DNA from: Ophelia neglecta
Taxonomy: Eukaryota
Direction of reading: 5' to 3'
Assembly (NCBI GenBank): GCA_965285935.1
Contig: OZ260667.1
Location: forward strand, 52,762,001-52,826,000
DNA: 64,000 nt
The notes under the pieces are model-generated. The model had not been told where the DNA came from and did no database searches. It saw nothing but the letters and a program-made list of their open reading frames with translations. A program made the position numbers and the translations under genes. Of the stretch, positions 52,301 to 64,000 are shown in pieces; positions within the stretch are counted from its first letter, which is position 1, and each line of letters starts with the position of its first letter.

Positions 52301-55300
52301 TTGGAAGGTTCACCGGGATATGGTGATTACACTCTATTCATATTACACAGCTAAATATTCCTGCACTGATACCGAACAGCGCATGCGCGTATACCGTAAA
52401 ATGTACCTCGTGCAAAATTCTAAAAATGGTATATCCCTCAAATTGCTTTATTACAATATGACCCCGTCCTCAGTCGCCACCACTATTTCGAGATAAATAA
52501 TTGATTTAATGTGAGGACGTCAGTTGCCCCTGGAGACCTGTATAGCGGCAGACAAACTCCCGAGTGCAACATCAAGTCTTGTTAATCCACTACATGAAGC
52601 GTGTTATCAACCAATTCCAAGATCATAAAACGCTATCGTTCATGTTCATATTGCTTTCATCAATGATGCAATGCACGAAGAAATACTTGACATAGAGTAT
52701 AACATGGAGGCCCACACTAAATTTGGAATTATCTGCAGTAATGCTTAAATTGACATATTGTTGAAAGAGATATAAGCTCTGAAAGGTTTCAGATAGAAAA
52801 CATACTATTGAATTCAATTGGAAACTTTGTTCAATAATATTAACACCAGAACAAATATATATCTTCTGTAAATACTTTGTGGAAATTTACTAATTTTGTT
52901 TTATATTAACAGATATACTTCCTTTCATTCCCAGTAAACCGGTATCCACATGCACGTCTCTCTCTTCATCAGGACTTTTCGTCCAATATCCATATGGTAT
53001 CTTAATCTTTTAAACATTTCTAATATACAAATAAAAAAAAATCTGATAAACCACTCAAACATAAGGCAGTCTCTGATTAGTATTCTTTTTGAAATCAGTG
53101 TTCCTTTAAGTAAATGATGTTCCTTTACACCCAATAGGAAAAACATTTTTTATCTTTGTTAAATCAAACAGAAATTGTCGATTAATATGTGTCTGTAGCA
53201 CATTTATACGATGACTCGCTCAACATGGCCTTGTCACGGCACCAACTGAATTAGGCGCATTAAAAACCTGCCATTTTTGCCTAATGTTTCTTGCCTGCCG
53301 GGTCCCACCCACGCAATGCTCCTGCGATGTTCTGTCTCTTACTAAATAATAAAGCTTATAATCATTTTCTCTGGGCTCGTAAGTCTGTTGTGCAGCATGA
53401 CCTCAAGGCGTTTGCTATACTTCGTTAACTTGGTGGAAAATGCCCGTTTTATTCTGCAGAGGACTTAATGCTGGGACAGTAATTTAGACACCAAGGCTAT
53501 GTGCCTTTTGTAAAAACAGACAAAAATGATAAGCTTTTACAAAGGCCACAAATCTCGAAGTAAACACTTCATATGCTGGTAAATCGGAATATCCCTGTCA
53601 AGGTAAAGGAACTTTATTTATCAAAAGCAACGTATAAGGGCAGTTTTCAAAACGAACTATAAATGCAACAATGGCATAATTTGGATTGAGATACTAAGAT
53701 CAGTCAGTTGGCAAAAAGCACTTGGTGCCACGTTGTTATTTCGTCTTTTAAATGTAATTGAACTACACTTGTATCAGTTGACAATCCTATTCATAATTGG
53801 CCCTGTATTCCTAAGCAGGCGCTTGAGTGTTCTTTTCGATAGTAGCGCGGCGACAATTCGTTGTTTTAACATGCTGTTGCTTAATACTCGTATATAAGGC
53901 TTGTGTGAAAACTCAAAGCATTAGCACGTGGTATTTGACAATGTGTACTGATTAAAATATCTCAATATTCCGAGCAAGACATGCCGTACAGCACACTGCG
54001 GCTGGGTATGTCTTTTTTATCCGGGAAATATTAAGCCCACAGCATGGTAGTCATAATAACCGAGCTGACATGGCTCGAAGCAATACTCTAAGAGCGCCCT
54101 TGATATAGTCGGGTCGAAGTGTGCTTGGCCTCGTAAATAAATGAGCTAAAGACGGTGAGACCTGACTTGATTTTCCTTTCTATCGAAAACATGACTTTTT
54201 TTCGCCATTTGACCTTCAAATGCGTTCAATGACATTATCATGAGCTGCAGTCACAACAAAGAATCTTCATTGTATATGAGACGACTTATGTGGCTATACT
54301 TAATAAAATGCACCTTACCAAGTTTACTGTTTTAGTTACATACACATATATGAAAATATCTTAGACCATAAATTTTTACAGTTTTAGTATAGTGGTACCT
54401 AAAATGTTAGCTATGCACCTATGCACCTATAGATTCCTATGCTACCTAATACTTTGTTGGAGATGGAACTATCCTGGCGTCCTACTGGTTATCATTTTGA
54501 GTGGGTCTAGAAGTAATACCTTCACATGTCTTTCCTTCTATCATTAAACTAAGCTGATTACCTACTGAAGAATATATGGCTTCATACATTACGGTGATTG
54601 CGGTCTAATAAGAAAAACACACTTGCAATATAAATCATACGCATTCGGTGCTACAGTGCCTTCAATTACGCCAGGCCTGCTCGTCATTTAGAAAGAGCAA
54701 CATTGAACAATGATTGTATTTGTCCATTACAATCACTGGTTTAAATGTCAGCGATAGGTGTGCCTTCTTTCATCTTTTGATAGATATTAAATAAATATAT
54801 TATTGAAAAATTGTATGTCCCAGATCGTTGATGCACGTTGCAAGTAGTATCAAGTTGATTATATTTTTCATAATATTTGAATTAGCAGTGAATTTACCGT
54901 CTTCCTGCCGTCGAGTGATGTTTTGATATGAAAATGTGTGTGCCTATTCCGTGCAGATATTGATATTTCTAACAGACCATTGTTGCAGACGTGGCATCAA
55001 GTGCTTTGCGCCAACTGACTGATCTTACTATCTCAATCCTACGTATGACATTGTTGCATTTCCAGTTCGTTTTGAAAACTGCGCTTATATGTGCGGGCCC
55101 TTGGCCGCTGTTTCCTAGTAAATTCGGACTGACTTATGTTTAAACAATTCTAGATTAGTGATTCTGCTTTGTGTGGGAGGTACCATCTAAAATCAGCAGT
55201 GTCAAGTGTATCAGATTGCATTTATTTGTATGATTCAATTTGATTGCTTGTTTATTTGTACAGTAAGAAAATGGAAATTGGTGGTTGTGGGCCTCTAGCT

Positions 55301-56789
55301 ATAGGTTCGCACATCATTTGAATCGAATAAATGGCTGAGTATTGATGACAATGTGTGAACGGACTGCATGGTCTTTTTTTGTTTTCTAAAACCAATCAAT
55401 ATTTAGCTATACAAAAATGAGCCAATACGGTCCATCTGAAAGTCTCCTTGGGCGTATATCAGCTTTGCCCTACGTTGACCCCCTGACTCGTTGGTTTTCT
55501 GGTCTGGTTTACACCATAGTAGACTGCTGTCAAATTCTGAAGGGTATTAATTTAGTGTCCTCTGCAGCAGACGGCTTCTGATAATTCTGGATCGACTTAA
55601 TGAAATTTTGTGCTTACGATTTAGCTACATCTGCGTGGGAAATCCAGTCACGTTTGAATATTGTCTTTGGGGAGAAATCAAGGCTTGGCATGCATGATAA
55701 ACTTTCTTGTTAATCAGCGTTCCCGTTCTTATTTATGCAATACAAACGTATTTGATCGTTGTCTCCAAGTTGGTTATATTTGCCTATAGCAATCAATACA
55801 ATCCCACATATCGCATTGGCAAATCTCTTCTAAACATAGTACCTGCCCGAGCCGAACGGAAATCCAATATGTATGAGTTGTTTAATATATTAAATTGGAC
55901 ACCTTTGGGGATGACTCACTTTGAACGGATCGCATATGGTAAGTCATTAAATAGAAGTTCTAAATCACACTATTATAGCAAAGCGACACGATCACAAATC
56001 AACCTCCCAAACGCTGCGTTTCATGTCAAAATAATATGCAGATCGATCCGAGGGAGGCTCCCTATAGTAATACTTGGATTGTCACTGATTGGAAAGAGCG
56101 GTAATATTGATCAGCCTGTTCATGGTAAATTGATATATATATACTCCTCGTCCTTCTTCGTATATAACCACCAACTCAATTTCTTATCTGCCAGGCACAA
56201 ATAGCGATTGAGATTCCCACTGAGGACAGGTATAAAATCGGGTGGATAACCTGCAGACATGGCTTAATCGTTAATCACGAATATTCCATTATACCTTTCA
56301 GAAATCAGAGGGAATCAGCAACCTATATTTGTACTACTTTGATTATCTGGGATCTATTATTTATAAGGCGGATGGGTTATCGAGCGGTATTTTCCCAAGT
56401 AAAGTTGCAACACAGAAACTTCATTACATATCTGTCTTTCCTCGGCTGGTTCCCTTAGATTTAGATAAATTGCTCTTTGCAATATTTTAACATAAGCTTG
56501 AATTTTCCTGTCCGCCATCGTTTCTATCTTTTCTCAGGTATATATGTTACTGCTTTAAAGTTTTACCCCCTGGAAAGTACGATTTCCGTAGGTTTTCAGA
56601 AAATACAGATTTATCAGAAAGTTTTATCAGAACGTCTGTATTCTTGAAACCTACATCTGTGACTAGAAGGAGGTGCATGACGTGATTGACTTGTTGCATA
56701 ATAGTAGTGCCGGCTAGGGTTCAATTTGTGTCCTGGCTTGAAAAAATGTCGCATCATCCTAAGTATCACCTCTTGTGCATGTTTTGATT

Positions 56790-57115
56790 TATAATTTAGT
56801 CAGGGGTTGACTGTCGAACTTAAAATAGGCAGAGTGGTGCCATTTTTCAAGGGAGGTGATCCGTCAACCTTTACTTATTAAAGGTCGGTCTCTGTGCTCC
56901 CGCTGTTTTCTAAAATTTTCCAGCGGCTTTTGTACACCTGTCTTATTGCATTTATAGCTAAACATAATATTTTATATGAAAATCAATTTGGGTTTCGTAA
57001 GGGCATTCAGCAAACATTGCGCTGATGTTACTAGTGGACCGGACTTCTTGTCCTTGGCCGGGCGACATGTCCTTGGCCTTTTTTCTTGATTGTTCGAAGG
57101 CCTTCGACATAGTCA
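56790..57115 (+). mobile_element. LINE reverse transcriptase fragment (L2/CR1 group)
   Basis: ELKIGRVVPFFKGGDP...SVSVLPLFSKIFQRLL...ILYENQFGFRKG, then FFLDCSKAFDIV. Confidence 0.9.
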
Positions 57116-60100
57116 TTTATTGGTCCGAGAGGTATTTGTGTCAAGGTGTTTTAAAGCGAAGGATTTATCATTTGCTGTATCAGCAGTGTGTTGTCTTTCA
57201 AGGCAAAATAGCCTTTTACCTTCACAGCTCTATCACATAAGAGATGATTTCCATTTTTTCCATGGTTAACTTCCAGTTCCTTAATGGCAATGTACTCATT
57301 TTCAAAGCATATGGGGCGAATGCTTCGTGTGGCCTTCGTGGAGCTGTTTTGAAATGCTTTCGTGCTTAATTTTAACGAAGACTCGTAGCCCTGGTGTCAA
57401 ACTTACAGGGATACGAAATCTGCAGGTTAAAACGGGCACTTTTCAAATTCAAGAATAAATATTCCACCAATTTTTTTAAAATATAACAATCGCCTTGTGG
57501 AATCCGATCAAGGATTTCATTAGGCCCGAGGAGTGTCGAAATGCGGCCGACGAGAGTCCCTGAGACTGGTTCTAGTTGGCAAGCTATTGATTAAATGCGG
57601 ATGTGCAGAGGCTATGCGGAGCCGGAGGTTATTGGTTTTTTCTGAGTGGCATGAAGCAAATAATCGGAAGCAAGGGTAGGGCTAGGGCTGCAGGTTAATC
57701 TGAGAGTTAGGGAATGGTTAGGGACAGGTTTACGGTCTAGTAATGTATGCCTCCCTTTTTAATCATAAACCAATTGCCATTGTTTTAACACCTACGCAGC
57801 GGAGACTTTCAATGGCTTTAGTTATTTGTTCCCCTGATCCTAGGGCTAGGGATTATTGGTATCTACGTAATACTGATAAAATCGTATATGGCAGTAGCAC
57901 GTCACGTGCCCAGACACAATGAAATCGTAACTAGTACATTTCAAATAGTTTACTAATACTGCGCAATCGTTGCACTGTCGGCACCATGGGCGATATATAC
58001 ACTGGACTGGTCCAGCCGCTCCCAATGAACTGCGGGGCTAGACATACAGCGCCGGGTGCAGGGACCCATTTTGAGACATTTTCATCAGAAGTCTCAATAT
58101 CTAATGAGAGCGTAGGCCATCACAGAATTTTCCAAGGGCATTTTTCATCTGTGTCCTGTGTTGACCACTGGCGCGTATATTTGTCTACTGACAGGTATAC
58201 TGGGAAGATGGTAACTACTTCTCAATGCAAGCGATATCAAAATTATGTTTTCTTTAACAATTGTTTGCATTTTATCTTCGTTTACTAATTGGGAGCTGAA
58301 GATTATTTTGATATATGTGGGATTGTGGCTGCTGGTTCCTTATGATTTTGAACAGTTTTACCGGAATATTCTGAATGATTATTTGGCTTTGTCTGACTGG
58401 CATCCAGTCCATTTTTTTAAAGGAAATGACGGCTGTATCTCTGTGAATGCGATTCCGCTTCTTTATGATACATTTTTTGGCGATTTGAGCTAACACATAT
58501 ACGCTTCATTCACTTTAGATGTTTATGAATTTGCTGAAAAAGATGTAGCACGCTACCAAAAAGCAACGCCACCACAACTGATTAGCTTAAATTCAGAGCG
58601 CATTGCTTTGTGAGCTTGATACTGAGATGGTCTTAGTATGCGCGATCGTATGGCTTGCTTGGCTTATATGGCATTCTTATAGTATAGAGGAAACAGGTTG
58701 GGCGTGAAGACATGGGTCGGTGTCAGATAACCCTAATTAAATCAACGCCGTCCCTTCACCATTTAGTTTCAGTATATCTCGTTAACAGACAGGCTTAAGT
58801 GCAACGAACACAACATCGTTTCTGAACAGCACGGACTGATTGCTGCCTGAGGCCGTGTTAACGAGTTTTTATCCGAAAAGGCGAGGTTTGGAGCCAAAAT
58901 GCCTATTTGTTGCCGCATCTTTCAGCTATAATGATGATATTAACGATAACTTACGACCGGTCGTGTGTGGTTAGACAAATACAAAAATACTGGATTATTC
59001 AGTATAAGCACAGAGCAGACGACGATAAGGCCTAACGATAGATTATATAGTGCACAAGAGCAAGTCTCAATACTATCAACTTATACACAGTGGGTAGTAT
59101 TGGGTAGTATTGACACTCGCTCCTGTGATAAAGCAAACCCCTTAAATATGCGACTTAATCATCCATTTTATTCCATGGATAGTTTAGTATCTTAATGTGC
59201 TAGCTTCTACCAACAGGTTTGTAATGAAAATAACGAACTAGTTTTGGCCAGCAGGAACAGATGATACTGCTGCACTGCTATCTAGGGACACACTTCTCAC
59301 CATACTTACTTTAACTGCTCGTTAATGTAATGTTATATATTTTATTCGGAACTTTAGGCCTTGTGTTAAACGTGAAAGTTTTCGCGTAAGATCAAAATAC
59401 TACTTAATTCTACAATCTGCTTGATCGACTAATTGGGCTTCGTTTGAAAATTTGGAACGGTTGTGTGTGGGCCCATGGACTGTGTCTAGTGATTTCGGAC
59501 CTTTGAGTATTCTTGACTCATGATTAAAGCAATATTCCATATTACTCTGTGGCTAAGAATAAGATTTGATGGACCTGTTGAGTGGAAATGAGAAAAAAGC
59601 TTGCTTTTAAGTCAATTGCCAGGGAATGCCTGGATGGCTTCAAAGGATGATTGGATTACATGTATTACTGTCGACTGAGAAATTAGATACAGTCTAATGA
59701 AAGGTTTCTATTGCCACTTTAAAGAGGGGATTGTCATCTCGGTGATGTAGAAGGATTTCATTGCATCCGTGTTGCCAATTTATAATTTGCACATATGTAA
59801 TGGCTTTGTTCCTTGATGAGCTAGTTAATCCCAAATGCGGTATAAATAGTTTATTTTTCCAACTGTACTACAAATAATATATTCATTTACATTCAAGTTA
59901 AGAACGTTTTTATGCCGACGATCAAACGGGTCGACTATATTTTGTTTTATCATAGCATGCCATTTATTGCGAATAGCTCCAAGATAATTGAAGGAGTATA
60001 AAACACTTGGATTCTTTTCTCCTTCCTTGGCAGTAGCAAAATAAAAAACAAATTATCTCGTCTGTATGTTTTATTCCTTTATCTTTGATATCGGAATATA

Positions 60101-60209
60101 ATAAATTTCTCCAATAACCGTATATAGATTTGGCGAATTTACTGTCCATGGTATCTCAACATTTCAAAATTGTTTGGTCGCAATCCAGTAATGGGTGCCC
60201 GAAAAATTC

Positions 60210-60550
60210 CTGGAACTTAACTCTGACACAAACAAGATCATTGTCTTAAGGAAGAAATATCAACTGTCTATATGGGATAACACTTTGCCGTCAGCAGAGA
60301 CATTCCTTGCCCACACACAGCACTCTCACCATAGATGATCATATCTCGAATGTGTTTAAGTCAAGCACATTCCACAGTTACAGCGTCTTTCCTAGGTTCC
60401 AAGGTCGAGACTGGCAACGGCTAGTGACATAGCTTTTCTATATATAGACTAAGGCTCTGGAACAAGCAGTCAAGCGGTTTGAGAATTACCGAGTCAATTG
60501 AAGCATTTAAAACAAGGCTAAAGACATATACCTTCAAGCTTGTTTTTAAT
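60210..60550 (+). mobile_element. L2-type LINE 3' end fragment
   Basis: LNSDTNKII, LTIDDHISNVFKSSTFH, RLWNK and SIEAFKTRLKTYTFKLVF match the order LN.DKTE / HI..VCK...FHL / LWN.LP / FK..LKT.LF. Confidence 0.7.
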
Positions 60551-62583
60551 TGCTGATTCGATGGAGATGGATGTGTGCAATTAAATCTTTAGTTCTGCAT
60601 ATAAATCTGCATTATGTCAAATCATTCAATTAAAATTGAGGTTTTTACGTATCGAACTTTCCCTTTTATCATAAAGCGCCCTTGAGGTCATTAGGGAGAT
60701 ATATTGAATGAGATATAAATGTAATTCGTAGGTATCGTGTATTTTGTGGCGACTAGTTTAGATCTAGTTATTCTATGCATATTGACTGGTGTTTATACAC
60801 TCCAAGCCACAGCTGCATTATGAGATTTTTACTTTGCTCTTTGTACATTTTTAAATTATCTTTCATGCTTTTTTGCGACAAGATTGTATTACGTTGCAAG
60901 CAGGCAGTAGAAGGGTTCTCTTAAGCTCCTTCATATTAAAGGCAAACAACAGGCAGCCGCAATCTAAGAAATATTTTGTGGAAAAATTGGTTCGCGAACA
61001 TTTTGGGTTAAAATTTTCTCATCTACTTTGGCGCCAACTGTGTATTTTTAAGCAATATATGGCCAAGATATACTCAAGGCGGCAGCCATGTTAGCATGTT
61101 CAAAGGTAATTTATATTGATAGCTATCTTAACTGACTAGTTCCAAATAAAGTTTGTTAAGAAATGGACATAATTCTAAAACATAGATGACTTGTAGGCAT
61201 CAACAAAAGGATTGCAGTCCAGGAAATTGGTTATTAGTTGTTGATGGCTGGCATTGTGAAAGCTGTCCAACTCGCCGGTAGCCGATAAGAAGTGATAAAT
61301 GCCCGGACTGTCCCGTATAAATCCGACGTAATCTGATTTACATGCTTCTAGTCTACGAACAAATGAGGAATAACTTGACGTACACGTTTTAATGTATAGC
61401 TACCCAAAATGTGCCCTACGCTTTAGCTGTGTCACTGATTAGGCTAGAAAGGAGCTGCGCTGTGTTGGCCATATATGATGGCATTTTTGCGACTGTCAAC
61501 TGATAATTGAAATACTTGCCCACCTTTTACAATTAAGGGAGACGTTGGAAATTGAAGAACAGACATAAAACTATTTTCAAACACCTTGATATTGCTATTC
61601 TGTTGTTTTCCTATAACACAACGATGTTCTTAGAACAACATTTGAAATAGATACATTACATCATGTTTGTAAGGGAACGATTGCGAGCGCCGCGCTAGGA
61701 GGTGCATAGTCCTGGGACTACAACGTTTGAATGATGCTTATCAACCAATGCAGTTGTACCCCCGCATTCCGCCAGTCCCTGCTCAGATCACTCAACCATC
61801 CCAGTCATTTATATATTTAGTCTGTTTCACTGCATTTTTACACCTATATCCAGTGAGACGGGAGGAAACTTTCAATAAAACAGAATTCATTATAACAAAA
61901 ATCGTAGCGCTTCCGTTAAGCATCGAACCTGCATTACCTATCCGACTTGCCCACCACACACCTAGTTACTAAAAGCTGTGAATACCGTGACTGGCTGTCT
62001 TTTGTCACTCACAATATAAGCCGGGCAAACACAATAGTAGTTTCTCTGGTATCATTTTGCTTGTCACATATGTTTTACCTATTCTTAATATGGATTTTAT
62101 AGTTTATCGCTAATCTCGTAAACAGCAATATTATGGAGTGTTCATTTTCATTAAAGGGAATGTAACAGTTAACTTTATATTGATTCTTTGGCGTTTATTT
62201 TTATATTGAATGGCTATTCTGAGGTTATTCACACAACTTCTGCGTTAGTCTCATACTTCCAATACGCATTCACTATATCCACGATATTCCATTCGACTGA
62301 GAGTATAATCCATCTTAACACATGCTTCATCTAAACGATACGTTGGTGTAGTTCGCCTTTCAAAATTATAATATTTGAATTGGTTTTAACTAAGAAAGAC
62401 AGATCCTTCATATTAAAGGCTCATAATCCAAACAGTTTTAGGTCTCGTTTAGTATAATGTTTAAATACTGTCTGTTAACCTCGATGCCATTTGTCATGTT
62501 TCTTAGATCACATTATACCGCATTTTTCTCAGCTGATTTCTACTACCGATAAAATATATAAAAAAAATAGAAGGAAAATCGCA

Positions 62584-63274
62584 TTAAATAATATTGAGTT
62601 CCTTAAGCACGTTCTTCACGTCTCTTACAACGTAAGCCATCCTAGGTAAGGCTTCGTCATCTACTGTATTGCTTTTCATGTAAGAACATTCGTCGTCTTC
62701 GTATTTCAATGCACATGTATCCCGAAAATGGTGTATGACTCCATAAACACTACCATTCATGTTAATGTTTCCCTGAAAGTCATTCTCGTTTGGAAACCTA
62801 ATACTGACATGCCAATTTATTGTCAATGCTCCGTCCGTATTAATGATAGATTTTGCCTGATCCCTATGCGGCATAATGCGTGTTCGTTGTAGGTGTCGCT
62901 GCATGTACATGAAATGCGCAACGCTGCCACTGGAATGTGACTCCCCGAACTCCTCAAAATGCCACGAGACCGGAAACATGAAACACGTAGCGGAAGGCTC
63001 TTCTTCTTTACTCCGACCAATCAAAGAAAGGATTGTTTCATTTTTAATTGGAACTAATACTTCGTCCACGTCCAATAACAGCACGTACTTATATCGATCT
63101 CGCAGACGATAGTAACAGTCGTTGATAGAGACTAGATAGCCCTGCTCTAGTAAATAGTCCTCGTGAATGAGTTTAAACCTCATTGGGTCGTCTGCCATTA
63201 ATGACGCCATTTTCAGAATGTATGTGAACGGAGTGACTTCAACAAATCCCTGCCTTATAAAGTACGCTAAAACC
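62584..63274 (-). CDS. Glycosyltransferase family 92 protein, paralog 2, last coding exon
   Basis: Acceptor TTGCAG|G at 63275/63274. EQGYLVSINDCYYRLRDRYKYVLL is identical to paralog 1. DxD motif LLDVDE, IHHFR, stop at 62586-62584. Confidence 0.92.
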
Positions 63275-63415
63275 CTGCAAACATTCAAATAGTGGAGCGT
63301 AATTGATTATCATTGCATAAGTAATATGGCTATGTATTAATGATATGATTTATGTTAGCGAAAATATTTAAAAGGTATTAAGTTTCTTGGTCCGACGAAT
63401 GATTCGTCCACTTAC

Positions 63416-64000
63416 CGAGCAGCTGGTCCTACCACTCCTCGGTCATAAATCACAATTTTCTCTACACCGAGCGCTTTGTTAGTCTCTATCCATTCCGCTA
63501 GGCGGCCGGGATCCAGTCTACCCCATACTGCTTTTACACACACAGCAAGTGTCTGTCTTCCCTCGTCCGGAGCACTGCCAACTATGGTCATTGGTACTGT
63601 GGTTCGTAGCTCAGCACCAGGTACATAAACGTCAAATCTAGCGATATCTCTCAGTATGTGTAAATCAGGTATTTCGCATGAATACTGATGGGCCATGTAC
63701 TGTACCTTAAGAGATGGCCAGCTCGGATATATAGAGTAGTGTGTGACGGACGAACTTTTCACTATCGTTCCATTGTGTAGCTTCCACATACAGTTCAGCG
63801 ATGAACGGACATTCTTTTTCTGCATGCCGAACATTCTAACAGCATAAGGACTGAATCTAGTGTCTAGAAAGGCACTGTATATGTATATATCCTCATCATT
63901 AACTTGGTAGAAACCATCCGCATAATTGTTTTTGAGAGAGTTCATTGATGCATTAACCTCTGTTTGTACGCTTTTAAGGCATGCCGAGATTGCCCATACC
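63416..64000 (-). CDS. Glycosyltransferase family 92 protein, paralog 2, upstream coding exon (5'-incomplete, continues beyond the window)
   Basis: Frame is open to the window edge (VWAISACLKSVQTEVNASM...). Contains DEDIYIYSAFLDTRF and LAVCVKAVWGRLD..LAEWIETN. Donor CG|GTAAGT at 63416/63415, same phase-2 position as paralog 1. Confidence 0.9.

Noticed and set aside
58324-58340. 17-bp match to the reverse complement of the repeat at ~30197
   Set aside because: The flanks do not align; one such match is plausible by chance in 64 kb.
326-62000. The many 60-165 aa ORFs in the track outside the called features (e.g. 4387-4818, 35694-36035, 52083-52496, 55707-56204, 57986-58288)
   Set aside because: No recognisable domains, many non-ATG starts and no consistent splice structure; expected by chance, or antisense to real ORFs.

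Overview
AT-rich, intron-containing eukaryotic DNA, most consistent with an invertebrate animal (inferred from the transposon complement and gene structure). There are only two credible host genes. Both are paralogous glycosyltransferase family 92 (DUF23) genes that face each other about 37 kb apart and share one phase-2 intron: gene 1 on + at 23683-25742 (about 520 aa) and gene 2 on - at 62584-64000, running off the window. The rest is repeat-derived. It includes a heavily decayed Ngaro-type tyrosine-recombinase (YR) retrotransposon at about 1-5.5 kb and a much better preserved DIRS-type YR retrotransposon at 40.2-44.25 kb (gag and RT/RNaseH/MT ORFs open, YR frameshifted and truncated). There are also several LINE relics, two MITEs (pogo-like with TA TSD; Mutator-like with 9-bp TSD) and three local duplications: an old 1.54-kb tandem pair, an old pair of about 4-kb direct repeats bracketing the DIRS, and an apparently identical 4.6-kb+0.46-kb rearranged tandem duplication. 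The most unusual signals are three same-orientation palindromic sites with an invariant 7-nt centre and covarying arms behind the Ngaro YR, a perfect 16-bp inverted repeat enclosing an SGNH-hydrolase-like segment, and a donor/acceptor pair in the DIRS that would excise RT and put YR in the gag frame. Most short ORFs in the track are not supported as genes. All identities and motif matches were judged by eye.
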